From IMG/VR virus record IMGVR_UViG_3300049927_000079, positions 1-58,521 of that record: DNA of 58,521 bases. One strand, 5' to 3'. The DNA is from a virus. Lineage: Duplodnaviria; Caudoviricetes. Both the position numbers and the translations under genes were made by a program. The notes beneath the pieces are model-generated. The model was not told the origin of the DNA, made no database searches, and saw nothing but the letters and a program-made list of their open reading frames with translations. Numbering within the stretch: position 1 is the stretch's first letter; each line of letters starts with the position of its first letter. Below, one piece after another: positions 25,742-36,800 of the stretch.

Positions 25742-26398
25742 CTAAATAAGTGTAACCACAGCATATTCGACCGTCACGGTAAGCGTGCCATCGCCCGCCA
25801 GCAGTTCTGCCGAGCAATCCGAAGGCAACGCGATCGACAATGGCTGGTTGTCGAAATTCAGTTGTGAGTTACGCCCAATCACGGCAGATACCCAGACCTG
25901 ACTCGCGCCCTGGTCCATAAACCCCGTCGAGCTAAGAAAAGCGAATGCGTTTCCCAAGTTCGCCAGTGTGGGTTGCGTCCCATCGTAGATGCATAGGTAC
26001 TGGTTCCCGGAAGCATTGACCGTGTACGGTGTCGTCGCAAACTTGTACTGCAGGACAATCAGGCAGGGCGCGTACATCGAACCCGCACCCGGCGCAGCCA
26101 GCAGTTGAATCGGGAGCGCCTTGAGTGCGAGAACACTGGCGGATGGTATGGTAACCGCGATCGACAAGAACAGCGGAGGAGTCGGAGCCGGTGTCGCGCC
26201 GCCACTCGCAGCCGCGGCCACGTTCGTGATGTTGGTGATTGAGCCAGTATTGGCGTTTACTTTTGTATTCAGCTTCTTGATGGCGTCGTTGAGGTCTTTC
26301 AGGCCATTGAAGCTGTAGCGGATCGCGCTGACAACGTGTTCGTGAGCCTTCCCGTCTAAATTAAAAGGAAATCGGAAGGACGTCGGTTGGTTTGGCAT
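25742..26398 (-). CDS. Virion structural/tail-associated protein
   Basis: N-terminal coil then beta-rich domain (P.QLLAAPGAG...GDGTL.V.V.Y). Confidence 0.55.
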   Translation of the reverse strand: MPNQPTSFRFPFNLDGKAHEHVVSAIRYSFNGLKDLNDAIKKLNTKVNANTGSITNITNVAAAASGGATPAPTPPLFLSIAVTIPSASVLALKALPIQLLAAPGAGSMYAPCLIVLQYKFATTPYTVNASGNQYLCIYDGTQPTLANLGNAFAFLSSTGFMDQGASQVWVSAVIGRNSQLNFDNQPLSIALPSDCSAELLAGDGTLTVTVEYAVVTLI

Positions 26399-26629
26399 TT
26401 ATTTTGTGCCGTAGAATGCACGTTCGCGGGCTCGCTGACGCCGACGCCAGTTACGCACTCGATCGCGCAACAGGGCGTAAGTAATATCATGCCGACGTTG
26501 TTCGTCTCTGTACTGCTTGTAACATACGTAACACCATGATTGAACCGAGTTGGGGCGCCGTTTGTCGATAGCAAAATCCCCATCCCGATTTTTAGGCTGC
26601 TTACATCTTGTACAAATCTTAACTCTCAC
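26399..26629 (-). CDS. Zn-finger protein resembling an HNH endonuclease N-terminus
   Basis: K.CTRCK..K...F......SWCYVC; no nuclease domain. Confidence 0.6.
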   Translation of the reverse strand: MRVKICTRCKQPKNRDGDFAIDKRRPNSVQSWCYVCYKQYRDEQRRHDITYALLRDRVRNWRRRQRARERAFYGTK

Positions 26630-26668
26630 CCTTACTTGGTCACTCCTTCAATTCGCTCCACTTCTTAT

Positions 26669-27556
26669 TCAAACGGTTGCCCCTGTGCGCGAACTTCCCC
26701 CTATAGGTCGTATGATCTGATACTCGTCAGTTCTGCCCCAGCGTCCAATCTTTAGTTGTAGGTCATCCGCAAAGATCCGGTGTGCGGCGTCGGTTGAAAA
26801 GGTCTGAAGTCCAATCAACTTGAACTTATTTGCCGGCAGCGTCACTTTCGTCTTGGCCTGTAAGCCGGCCGTCGAAGGCAACGGGATGGTGATGGTCGGC
26901 CATGCGTCGAAAGTCAGCACAAGAGTAACCCCAGAGGTCGATACATACGGTACATTCATCTCCCGTACATGGCCCCAACCGATCAATCCGAGCGACGTCA
27001 TTTCCGTCTGCCAGTTGAAACACAACTCCGGCCACGGCTGCGATACCAACTTGGTTGTCCATACTCTCCACTCCACTCCATCGGTAGAAATCACGCGCGC
27101 CGAGTGCGCCACGAACGGAACGCAACTGAAAGCCTTGACCGATTGCTGGTTGAATGTGGCCGGCGTCTCGTTCAGGGGATGCAGGGTTAGAGTGTCGGCG
27201 TCTTGCAGGAAGAAAGTTTTGGCCTGGTTGAAGGAATCGGCTTCAATGATGACACCCTGGATGAACTTTGCCCCGCCGCTGTCGAGCCAGTCGGTAGCTC
27301 GCCCGTAGATGCCCTCGGGCATAGGAATGATAGCCGGTTGCCATACGTACAGAACCGTTCCAGACTGGGTTGGCCACTGGAAGATCGTCCCCAGGTCACG
27401 GGAGTAAAGCCCTCCCCCGGAATTAAAGTCCAAAACAACAGCATGTCGCCCCTCCTGCACCGATTCGTAGGAATTGATGATGGCGTCACTCACGGGCGCG
27501 GTGTAGAGCGCCGTGGATGGCGTAATCGTAAGCGAGAGGTCGGCGATAACTGGCAA
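26669..27556 (-). CDS. Tail/nozzle-associated beta-rich protein
   Basis: TTG start directly after the upstream stop; beta-strand composition. Confidence 0.55.
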   Translation of the reverse strand: MPVIADLSLTITPSTALYTAPVSDAIINSYESVQEGRHAVVLDFNSGGGLYSRDLGTIFQWPTQSGTVLYVWQPAIIPMPEGIYGRATDWLDSGGAKFIQGVIIEADSFNQAKTFFLQDADTLTLHPLNETPATFNQQSVKAFSCVPFVAHSARVISTDGVEWRVWTTKLVSQPWPELCFNWQTEMTSLGLIGWGHVREMNVPYVSTSGVTLVLTFDAWPTITIPLPSTAGLQAKTKVTLPANKFKLIGLQTFSTDAAHRIFADDLQLKIGRWGRTDEYQIIRPIGGSSRTGATV

Positions 27557-30337
27557 CTACGTCCCCTTTGGTGAGCCCTCAATATACAGGTCACCCCAAT
27601 GCTTCTGACTTCTCACGTCTCCCGCAGTTTCGCACGGCATCAGCAACACGCAAACCGCATTCTCGGAACTAGAATCCGCCAACGGCCGCACCGTGCCATC
27701 CGTGCAACCGCACAGCACTCCGTTGATGTTGTCGCCTTCTTCGAGCGAGTGCGTGACCACCGGATGCTGGTAGACGTCCCACACCCAACCCTTTGCCGCG
27801 ACATCGAAAGTCAACGTGCGCTGGTTCCCATTCACATCCTGATAGTCGTAATAGACGTAGCCTTGCGCGGAGTTGAGCCGCTGCGAAGCTGGCCGAGTAT
27901 CATCTGGCGGGTAGACGACAAAGCCGCCGCGAATGACCGGCTGTGGCTTGGCGCCTTCATGCGGGAATAAGTTGAACAAATCCGGATCTGTGATCGACTC
28001 TCCGCCTTGACCGAAAGGCGAGAGATAGACGCCATCTTTGGCACGGAAGAACACATTGTTCCCTCCATCCACCGTCAAGGCCCACGGCATATAGATGCCG
28101 CGCTTCAGGCTCGATTCCTGCAAAGTCCAAGTTGCGCCGATCGTGCCATCGACAGTCGCAAGTGCGTTGAAGAAGTTAGGGTAGATGAGCCATGCGCGCT
28201 CGGGTGATGCCACCCACCCGAGGCCATCCACAATCAACCCATTCACTAGGGGCTCGCTTGGACTGGTCACGTCCTGTTGGTTGGTATCCGGCGCCGAGTC
28301 CAGGTTGTTCCCCTTGGACCAGTACAAGACTCCCGGACGCAAAGGATCTCCGCAAGCAAAAGCGAAGTTTACGTTGTCAGTCGGTCCCCACATGAAAGGC
28401 AAAGGTTGCGCGGCTAGAATCGGCTCCGCGATTTCATAGGTTAGGCCAGTGCCGCTCGCCAAAGGCACAGAAACAGGTACGCCGTTCTGGATCTCCTCAT
28501 TAGTTGCCGTGAGAGTCGTAGTGGAGGACGGGCGCCGGTCGAGCGTGTACGCCACCGCGGAAGCTGTAGGCGACGTCGGCCCGAGAATGATAATGGTCCC
28601 CGGCAGCCAGCGCACGTTGAACTGGTCGCCGGATACCCACGTAGCCACGCCCCCTGCAACATTCACAATCCCTTTGCGTGGAAGGTCGATCGAAGGGAAA
28701 GGCTCGAAGTTGTCAAACTCAAGTACCGGGTTGGCGATTACATCGGCATCGAGCAGGGTGTCTTTGAACGGAGTCGAGTTGTTCGGCCCAGTCCCTACGT
28801 AGGTGTAGTTGAGCAGACCGACATCTCTCCGGTAGAAATCAATTTTGTCCACCTGGGGATCAGTCGAAGGTGTTGCGGTTACCTGGTTCGCGAGCACAGA
28901 GAGCGACTGCACTGCGGATGCCGGCGAAGGATTAGAAACCGCACCTGTCGCAGATGAACGGTAGGTATAGCGGTACTGTGCGTCCGTGATGGTTGAAGCC
29001 GGGATAGGAGGAATGAAGTTGCCGGCAGACTTGACAACTAAGATCCGACCGCTGTGATACCAATAGTCGTAATCCAGTTCAATCGGATAGTTTCCCGCCG
29101 CAGAGAACGTGACTGCAACCGAAGCAGTATCTACCTGCCCTGCACCGTCCAGGGTCACTGTCTTGGGAATCAACGGATAGCCGTTTTTGGCGGTAACCTT
29201 CTGACCCATAACGCTGAGTACCGTCCCGCCCGAAGGCCCAGGCCACGTCGCAGTACCCGTACCAGAGCTGCCAATGCCCCACAACACTTCATCCTTCGAC
29301 TGGATGGACAAGTTGTAAGTGCCAGCAACCGGAATGTACAACGTCGCTTCCGCGATGAAGTTGAAGTCCGAAAAGCCCTCACTCTCTAAGGCAGGGGTGA
29401 ATACCGGGACCGCAGATCCAAGGACTGCCGCGTTATATGGAACATCTACCTGCGTACCGGGGTTGGTTGTCAGATGAAGCGCGGTATTGGTTGGAGGCGG
29501 AAAGGCTGCGACCGTGTAACTTACCGCATTGATGACCAGGACGTTCCCCGCAATGATCCCGGTAAAGTCATCTCCACTCACCCACCCAACCGAGTTCCCT
29601 AGCGGCGAAGTGGTGACCGTGCCGGAATACTGGTTGTACTGCGTCCACTCCATCGGAACCGCTTGGCTTCCGATAGCGCCCTGGTCGAAGATGAGCGAGT
29701 TCCCAATCGTTGAACCGTTCGGAGGAGTGTTCAGTCGGATAGGTCCAGACCCCGTGCCGGTGCGGAAGCGCCAGATATAGTTCCCGGTTGGACCTGAGTG
29801 CGGGCTGTCTCCCCAGTAAGTGACGGTCACGTCTCCGATAAGCGAGAGAACGTCCGAGGCCGGCGTCGAAGCGATGACGGGAGTGCCTTGCGGTTCTTTA
29901 ATGCCCATCTTGTAGGTCAAACCATCCGACCGTACTTTGGACATCTTGAGCGAGTCGCCTACATACATCCACGGCTGGACGGAAGTATTCGGGCGGAAAG
30001 GGACCAGGGAGAGAGGGTTGCCGCTGTAGCCGGTGTCTACCTGCGTGATGCCGGCGTAGAGATTCGAGGACGCGCCTCCGATGAGAATGAACCCTAGCGC
30101 GGGTCCGGCAGGAGTCGTGTCGTTCAGCCGGCGAATGGAATAGACAGGTCCAGGAAGAGTCTCAACCGATGAGTCCTGTGCCGCGCGTGGCCGAATCGCA
30201 TCGCGAAGGTAAGCGCGCACGTTCTGCGCGAACGGGTACTTGCCTTCCGGCATCCTGTCCGGAGGCAGTACGGTATTCATCCCGTGAAAGTCGAGACGCT
30301 TGGCATCGGGATTCCGCTCGTAGGGTTTCTCCGCCAT
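27557..30337 (-). CDS. Podovirus-type tail nozzle/stabilisation protein with a PA14-like insert
   Basis: F.GMN...P.D.MP......NVR N-terminus, LYWSK propeller-like region; PA14-like segment at ~29010-29380. Confidence 0.6.
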   Translation of the reverse strand: MAEKPYERNPDAKRLDFHGMNTVLPPDRMPEGKYPFAQNVRAYLRDAIRPRAAQDSSVETLPGPVYSIRRLNDTTPAGPALGFILIGGASSNLYAGITQVDTGYSGNPLSLVPFRPNTSVQPWMYVGDSLKMSKVRSDGLTYKMGIKEPQGTPVIASTPASDVLSLIGDVTVTYWGDSPHSGPTGNYIWRFRTGTGSGPIRLNTPPNGSTIGNSLIFDQGAIGSQAVPMEWTQYNQYSGTVTTSPLGNSVGWVSGDDFTGIIAGNVLVINAVSYTVAAFPPPTNTALHLTTNPGTQVDVPYNAAVLGSAVPVFTPALESEGFSDFNFIAEATLYIPVAGTYNLSIQSKDEVLWGIGSSGTGTATWPGPSGGTVLSVMGQKVTAKNGYPLIPKTVTLDGAGQVDTASVAVTFSAAGNYPIELDYDYWYHSGRILVVKSAGNFIPPIPASTITDAQYRYTYRSSATGAVSNPSPASAVQSLSVLANQVTATPSTDPQVDKIDFYRRDVGLLNYTYVGTGPNNSTPFKDTLLDADVIANPVLEFDNFEPFPSIDLPRKGIVNVAGGVATWVSGDQFNVRWLPGTIIILGPTSPTASAVAYTLDRRPSSTTTLTATNEEIQNGVPVSVPLASGTGLTYEIAEPILAAQPLPFMWGPTDNVNFAFACGDPLRPGVLYWSKGNNLDSAPDTNQQDVTSPSEPLVNGLIVDGLGWVASPERAWLIYPNFFNALATVDGTIGATWTLQESSLKRGIYMPWALTVDGGNNVFFRAKDGVYLSPFGQGGESITDPDLFNLFPHEGAKPQPVIRGGFVVYPPDDTRPASQRLNSAQGYVYYDYQDVNGNQRTLTFDVAAKGWVWDVYQHPVVTHSLEEGDNINGVLCGCTDGTVRPLADSSSENAVCVLLMPCETAGDVRSQKHWGDLYIEGSPKGT

Positions 30338-30460
30338 TGTTTATTTATGAAGCGAACGACAGGCTTCAACCTTCTTGCGTTCCTGCAATAGCCATTGGTA
30401 GGGGACCAGAATCACCATAAGCATAAGACCGCCAATCGTAATTCGATCAACGCACAGCAT

Positions 30461-31768
30461 TTATTCCCCCTTCTTTCTTGGTTGATTGATGTCCTGCCGG
30501 CGCCCTTCGAGCCCAAGCATGTCGCGGAACAGCCCCATAGCCGCCAGCCGCTTGTTAGTCTCCATCGCGAACTGGAAGAAGTTTTTCTCCAGGTCCTTTG
30601 TGCTCGAAAACTCTTCTCCGCCCATTTTGAAGCTGGCCAGAACTTGCGCGTAATCGAGGATCACATCGAAGGCGTCCTTCGAGATTTGCACAAAGTCGGC
30701 ATCGAGTACCGGGACCGGCGCGTTGCCTACCACTACCAGAGACACACCCCGTGGTGATCCGCCTACCGGACACGGAGCCAAAAAGTCCATCCCGGCAGTC
30801 ACAATCGAAGGCCATGCGCTGCCATCGTTCTGCCATTCAGGAGAGAATCCATCCTGCTCGCGCACAGAAGGCGTATCCACAGGGATACCGTTGATTGTCG
30901 CTGTCAGCAGCCAGTTTGACGCCTTCATAATCTGCAGACCATCCTGGTAGCGCTTCAGGCAGTAGTCGGCGCGCGCGCGATCGGTAGCTTCGGAATCCCG
31001 CCCCAGGAGATCCGACATAGCGCCCCACTTGGCCAACCATGACCAGTCATCCGGAACCCCAAGCAGAGTATTCGCCGGAGGATTAAACGGTATCCCGGCC
31101 ATGAGTGCGATGACGTCGTATTGGCCAGCCACGTTTGGCCCTGTGTCCACATCCATTGCCAAAGGCGGCCCGGTGATGACGCCCCAGGACTGCGGGACGC
31201 TAGGAGTCTGGGCATGGTCAGGCTCGAAGCTGTCCCATGCGAGGTTATCTTCCCGCGTCATCGTATTGGGCAACCCGGAATCCGGCATGAAGCGAGCCCG
31301 CCGCAGTTCAAGCGTTGAATCCGGGAAATACGTCCTGCGCGTGTTGGGAACTGAGGGTAGCGGACCCATCTGCGCGATGTTGCAGCCCGAGACCTGGATC
31401 ATCTCGTCCCGGCGCCGTTGCAGCGCAAATTGAAGGTCGGCAATATTGAACTGCGACGTCCCTGTCCAAACCCCTCCCGTGGGTGGCTCTAGTAAATGAT
31501 ATTCAAGGATTGTGTAGAGGTCGGTGTCAGTGAGGGTGCGAAGGCGGGGAGATCCAGGCAGTCGGGAGAGATCGTACCAGGGAACAAAGTTGGGAGTGAA
31601 AGCCAAATCCGCGTTCCACTGTTCAGTCAACGCATTGAATGTGCGGAGCGCTTCGGCTAGATAAAGTCCAAGTTCAGGATTAGTCCAGAAAGCGTTCGTG
31701 GGGTCCGCTAGGCGCTGTGCGAGCGCCTGCTTTGCAGCAGCGAACGTGAGCCATTGGAATTGTGGCAT
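30461..31768 (-). CDS. Head-tail adaptor-like protein
   Basis: RL.D....FW...EL..Y..EA.R N-terminus; internally repeated P.D......L motifs. Confidence 0.55.
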   Translation of the reverse strand: MPQFQWLTFAAAKQALAQRLADPTNAFWTNPELGLYLAEALRTFNALTEQWNADLAFTPNFVPWYDLSRLPGSPRLRTLTDTDLYTILEYHLLEPPTGGVWTGTSQFNIADLQFALQRRRDEMIQVSGCNIAQMGPLPSVPNTRRTYFPDSTLELRRARFMPDSGLPNTMTREDNLAWDSFEPDHAQTPSVPQSWGVITGPPLAMDVDTGPNVAGQYDVIALMAGIPFNPPANTLLGVPDDWSWLAKWGAMSDLLGRDSEATDRARADYCLKRYQDGLQIMKASNWLLTATINGIPVDTPSVREQDGFSPEWQNDGSAWPSIVTAGMDFLAPCPVGGSPRGVSLVVVGNAPVPVLDADFVQISKDAFDVILDYAQVLASFKMGGEEFSSTKDLEKNFFQFAMETNKRLAAMGLFRDMLGLEGRRQDINQPRKKGE

Positions 31769-31769
31769 G

Positions 31770-31907
31770 TCACCGCTTCAGTGCCTTCTTTTGCTTCTGT
31801 TTGTTTTCGGTTGAGTAGAAAACTTTCTTCCAGTTCTTGCCGTAGGTCCGCTTCATGCTCTTGGCCACCTTCTTGCCATGGCCCGCGAAATGTTTGGAGA
31901 CTGGCAT
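31770..31907 (-). CDS. Small basic phage protein (45 aa)
   Basis: Not in the ORF track; MPVSKHFAGHGKKVAKSMKRTYGKNWKKVFYSTENK. Confidence 0.6.
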   Translation of the reverse strand: MPVSKHFAGHGKKVAKSMKRTYGKNWKKVFYSTENKQKQKKALKR

Positions 31908-31908
31908 A

Positions 31909-32088
31909 CTAACGCTGGCCTGCCTCGCCTAAAGCACTCACGGAACACACGATGGAGGCCCATTCGTTTTCAGGAATGACCAGCGTGGTGTCGCCGTGTA
32001 CGACTCGCACGCTACCGTCCGCAAGGCGCTTGAACCACCATCCATCGCGCCAATGAAAACCGGTCTGTCTATCGTCCAAGGGAGTCAT
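31909..32088 (-). CDS. Hypothetical protein (59 aa)
   Basis: Not in the ORF track; FHWRDGWWFKRLADGSVRV...WASIVCSVS. Confidence 0.55.
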   Translation of the reverse strand: MTPLDDRQTGFHWRDGWWFKRLADGSVRVVHGDTTLVIPENEWASIVCSVSALGEAGQR

Positions 32089-32106
32089 CTATATAATTCC
32101 CCATAA

Positions 32107-32484
32107 CTATGGGGTCGTTGGTGCCGTTGCCGGTGCCGGTGCCGGTGCCGCGTTCAGTACTTGAACCACGGCGTTGATGTACGACGTCACCGCCGCAGTG
32201 CTGCCGTCCTTACCAGCATCCTTTAGCCCTTGAGCAATCACTGGTTGCATAAGCTGAAGGACATCAGCCAATTTCTGTGGTCCCGTTCCAGCCTGATTAC
32301 CGAGCGCTGCCGCCTTCTGTTCTGCGAGCACCACAGCGGAAACGGTTGAGTTGAATAGCGGGCCGAGAGCAGGAGCGAATAAGCTAACCGCAACCTCTCC
32401 CGCACCCTCCGCCCAAGGCAGGATAAAATTGAGGCCCTTCTTGAAGTCGTGTCCGACCGCCTTGAGAAAACTTACGAAGCTCAT
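32107..32484 (-). CDS. Lysis-cassette amphipathic protein (holin-like candidate)
   Basis: GGAGG RBS; follows the endolysin; PAPAPATAP tail. Confidence 0.5.
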   Translation of the reverse strand: MSFVSFLKAVGHDFKKGLNFILPWAEGAGEVAVSLFAPALGPLFNSTVSAVVLAEQKAAALGNQAGTGPQKLADVLQLMQPVIAQGLKDAGKDGSTAAVTSYINAVVQVLNAAPAPAPATAPTTP

Positions 32485-32485
32485 A

Positions 32486-32884
32486 CTATTCCTCCCGGTA
32501 AAAAGAATGGTGTCCAATTTTGGCCGTTGCGGTCATTTGTTGCGCCCATGCGGGGATCGGGATTGAATCCGCAAAGTAGTGCGTGGCCCCGTTCGTAAGA
32601 TCAGAGTCTCCGCCCTGAAAGATTGAGTCCGCAACATCATAGCAGTCCACAAAAGGGGCATCTGGCGAGACAGGAACTTTAGCCAACTGCGGATCATTGG
32701 AGGCAGTCATGGAGGAAAACTGCCAAGGTTGATAGACGATTTCTGCCCATGACTTGTTGTGCTTCAGAGCTCGATTCTGAATCACATGCAGAACTGCACG
32801 GATACCGTCGCGCCCCTCCCCGCGAGCCTCGCGCCATGCACAGAGCGCAGCGCACCACTTTTGGAATTCGTTCCAGTTCATCAT
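32486..32884 (-). CDS. Endolysin, cell wall hydrolase SleB/Hydrolase_2 family
   Basis: W.EARGEG, V..VI.NR, QFS, GATHY and IGHH.FY. Confidence 0.9.
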   Translation of the reverse strand: MMNWNEFQKWCAALCAWREARGEGRDGIRAVLHVIQNRALKHNKSWAEIVYQPWQFSSMTASNDPQLAKVPVSPDAPFVDCYDVADSIFQGGDSDLTNGATHYFADSIPIPAWAQQMTATAKIGHHSFYREE

Positions 32885-33279
32885 TTCCCCAAGTAGTGCA
32901 GCAACAGATTCAGTCCCACTGCTATAACACTGATCCCGGCTCCCATAGCCCACATGCGACCTTCCATGTTGCTCCTGTTAGTTTCGAGTAGCTTGAGTCG
33001 GGCATCCATTTCACTTCGCAGAGCATTATGCTGTTCATCATACATATCGCGCCGCATAAACTCGCCACGTTCATGAGCGATTTGCTCCCGAAACTGGTTC
33101 ATCTCATCCAGGCGTCGGTCTATTTCTCTGCGAGCTAATACTAGTGCTTCTTTGTCAACGATGTGAAACCGGTGGTGCGCGTCTTGCCACTGTTCGCGAA
33201 GCTCGCGCTCATGGACAGTAAGCCTCCAACACTCCTCAACATTGTGTCGCTCGGATTTACTTGTTTCTTTGTCATCCAT
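32881..33279 (-). CDS. Coiled-coil protein with C-terminal TM (holin/antiholin-like)
   Basis: Charged helix then MWAMGAGISVIAVGLNLLL. Confidence 0.55.
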   Translation of the reverse strand: MDDKETSKSERHNVEECWRLTVHERELREQWQDAHHRFHIVDKEALVLARREIDRRLDEMNQFREQIAHERGEFMRRDMYDEQHNALRSEMDARLKLLETNRSNMEGRMWAMGAGISVIAVGLNLLLHYLGK

Positions 33280-33312
33280 CTCACATATTCTCCCTGGGGG
33301 GAGGGGGGGGGC

Positions 33313-33795
33313 TTATTCTCCTACTTTGCGCTCAACACTCAGTTTATCAACTGCGACCACGGCTGGATCGTAACTTGGTATCTCTCCCTTGAACACACTC
33401 GGCAACCAGGCGAACTTTGGACTACTCGAAAGAATGAACTGAATTTGATCGAGCGCCAAGTCTACAAGAAATCCGAAACTCGCTGCTGTAGTCAAGGTCG
33501 GAGGAATCGTAATCCAGTTGGCAAGGCCTGGAGTCACGCCGAGATAGATAACCCCCTTCGAGAGCGTCCCTGGATCACGCAGCCAGAGCGAGAACAGCAC
33601 CGTGTTAATGGCAGAGCGCAACAGGAACACGTCCCAATTTCGGGACACAAAGGACCAGCGCGAAGGGTACGTATTGACCTTGCTCCGGAACGCCGTAGAT
33701 GCCCGCTGCAGCAATCGCAGCAGGATTCCCATGTAGAACATCACGATCAGCAAGACTGTGGGATTCAGCCACAGCGCCCCAACTTTTATGTCCAT
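33313..33795 (-). CDS. Multi-TM membrane protein (holin candidate)
   Basis: About three hydrophobic segments; first gene of the lysis cassette; GAGGG RBS. Confidence 0.55.
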   Translation of the reverse strand: MDIKVGALWLNPTVLLIVMFYMGILLRLLQRASTAFRSKVNTYPSRWSFVSRNWDVFLLRSAINTVLFSLWLRDPGTLSKGVIYLGVTPGLANWITIPPTLTTAASFGFLVDLALDQIQFILSSSPKFAWLPSVFKGEIPSYDPAVVAVDKLSVERKVGE

Positions 33796-33807
33796 GATTC
33801 CCTCATT

Positions 33808-36800
33808 TTACTGAACTCCCACGACAAGATGGCCACCTAAAACCAAAACTCCCCCGAGCGTAACTTTCACCGGACCCGGAGGAGGCGGAACCGGAATCGC
33901 TGTGCCCTGCAACGCAATCGTCTGCGGACTGTTTACCGTATTTGAGACCACCGAAATAGATCCGAGATGCACGTTGCTGATACAGCCTCCGGCGCTGTCA
34001 AACTGCCCACACAAGGTCGAAGGAGTAAAGGTAGCCTGCTCTGAGCAGAAGGCGCCAACTGCGAGCGTAGAGCCGCAGGCTCCGGTTACGGCAAAGTCCG
34101 CAGTCGTAGATGTCACCGCGAGCCCTGTGGCAGTCGCCGTGCCGTTGTTTGTGACAATGAATACCAAGGGATTGCTGGTTTTCCCTACCGTCTGGTTGCC
34201 GAAATCAATGCGCGAGATCCCGAGAACTATGTTTGGCGTCCCCGTGAAACCTGTGCAACTGAGGGTCGCGGTATCCGGACTGCTCGCAGCATTCGACGCG
34301 AATATCAGGGTCGCAGTCAGGAACCCTGTCGCCGTGGGTTGGCAGTTCACCGTAGCCGTGCAGGAATTGCCAGCCGTTACCGTCCCGCAGTTGTCGCTTT
34401 CAATGAACTGGGTTGGATTGGCGCCGCCAAAGGTTAGCGGAGTCGCGATCACCAGGTCCGCATTCCCGGTATTGGTCGCGGTGACAGTCAAGCCGGCCGA
34501 GGTTGTTCCCGTCTGAATGCTCGGCGGAGAGAAGGCCAGCGACGTTGGGGCCAGCGAGATCCGCGGCGTAGGCGCAGCCACTCCATTCACCGTCAATGTA
34601 AGGTTCTGCGGGCTGTCGGACGCATCATCCACCACATGAACGTTCGCCGTGCGTGCGCCAGTCCCGCCAGGTGTCACTGAGACATCCACGGGGCAGAAGG
34701 CACCAGGAGCGAGGGTCAACCCGCAGTGATTGACCAAGGTGTAATCCCCTGGGTTGGTTCCGGTCAGGGCGATGCTCGAAAGGTTCAGCGTTGCCGTGCC
34801 AGTGTTCTGGATCTGGCCACTGACCACTTTAGACAACACGCCTACCGTGACGTTCCCGAAATCAATCGAAGATGGAGTCAACGTAACCGCGGGCGCCGTC
34901 GCTACGCCTGTGCAACTCAGAGACACCGTGAGGGGAGAAATGCTTGTTCCGGTAAAGGGTTGCGTGAAGGTTCCAGACTGCGCGCCGGCAGCGATCGGAT
35001 TACAGCGAATGAAGTACTGACATTGCGCCTGGGGAGCAAGGTTTTGGTTGCAGGTTGGATTCCCGAAAATGAAGCTAAAATTTGGATCGTTGATGGTCGC
35101 TCCCCCGAGCGCCAAGGATGTATTCCCAGTGTTCTGCAGGGTCACCGCTTGGTTAGCGCTTACCTGCCCCACCGTGATGCTTCCGAAGGACAGGCTGGAC
35201 GGGGTAAGCGTGGCGCCGTCTTGTGTACCGAAGCCGGAGAGAGTTACGACATTTGGAGACGAAGCGGCGTTTGAAGCAATCGAAATATTTCCCGTAAGCG
35301 GACCAGCCGAGAGCGGCGCGAACTTGACGTTAATGGTGCAGGTAGATCCAACCGTGACCGTCCCGCAAGCGTTGGCCTGGGAGAAATTTCCGGTTGGAGT
35401 CACGCTCGAAACAACCAAGCTGGCCGTGCCGCAGTTGGTTACTACAACCGGCAGGCTGGCTGAAACCGAGTTTACCGGAGTGTTCGGGAAACTAAGGCTG
35501 GTCGCACTCAAGCAGACTGCCGGAGCGGTTGCTACTCCTGTCCCGGTAAGAGCCGCAGTCGATGGAGTCGTACTCGCGCTATTGACCAGCGTCAGAGTCG
35601 CCGCGCGCGCGCCAGTCGTGGTTGGCTTGAAGGCCGCGGGGATGATGCAATTCTGCCCACCCGGAAGCGGGTTGGCGCAACTGTTTGCCAAGAGAACGAA
35701 GTCTCCCGGATTGGCTCCGGCCAGTGAAAGCGTCCAGCGCATCGGGCCTGTGCCTGTATTCGACCAAGTGAAGTTGAACGGTGCGGTTTGTGTCCCAGAC
35801 ACTTGCGAGCCGAAATCATGGGATACAGGAGCAAGGCTGGCAATCGGAGCCGTGCCAGTGCCCGAGAGAGACGCCTGGTGCGGACTGCCCGTGGCGCTAT
35901 CTGCCATCGACAGCGCAGCAATCTTGAGGCCGATAGAAAGCGGGCTGAAGTACACCGGGATCGTGCAACTGGCGCCGGCAGCCAGCGTAGTGACTCCGGC
36001 CGGAGTGAAGGAGAAAGCCTTAACAAACTGCCAGCGCGTCCCATTCGTAGCCAAGCCACCAAACGCGGCATTGTTGGTGCCCCAGAGATTCATCATGGGG
36101 TTGGCAGGAGCAAACGGGATGTTCGTGCTGTGCGTCTGACTCAGCGTGCCATCAATCGAAAACGCTACCGAAGGCGCCGTCCACTTGAAGCCATAAACGT
36201 GGAACCCCAGTTCCGGGTTGGCCAGAGTAGCCGTGGTTGCAGTGTTCAGGGACGGAGTGCTCCAAGTTGTCCACTCGATCGTATTCGGTAGTCGCCCTTC
36301 AATCTCCGGCGAATCAATCTCCGTGTAGGGATTCGAGATGGAACTGTTCAGAATGAAGTCGGAAGAAACCTGTCCCGAGGGAACCGTGCCAGTCAAGTAA
36401 GGCGTGGTCGCCGTGGATGCAGAGCGCATCGACCAGCGATAACTTCCGAAACCGAAAGCTGTGGTCGATCGTACTTCCGCGCCCACCGAAATCGTAGGAG
36501 CCGCCCCGCTCTGGACTACCTTCAGTCCGAGCATCCCGTTCGACAAGTCCACATTCGAGGTCGAGAAGGTGCTTGTGTTCACGCCTCCGATATTTCCCGG
36601 AGCCGTCCCGGTATCTATCTGCCACTTGGAACTGAGGGCGCCCTGGTCGAAGTTGTCAGTGAATCCACTGGCTGCGGTCGCGCACTCGCCGGCAGTAAAG
36701 TCTCCGGGATTCGCTCCAATCAGCGACACTCCGGAAATTGTTACCGGCGAGGTTCCCGTGTTGGTCGCCGTCACGTTCGTAACTGGAGAGAAGTTACCTA

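Noticed and set aside
27554-27559. Stop-codon readthrough or recoding fusing 27557..30337 with 26669..27556
   Set aside because: Stop-then-start abutment recurs with all three stop codons (15389/90, 15776/77, 26398/99, 45924/25, 54148/49) and an RBS-like AAAGGGG is present. Ordinary coupling explains it, and the genes are intact in code 11.
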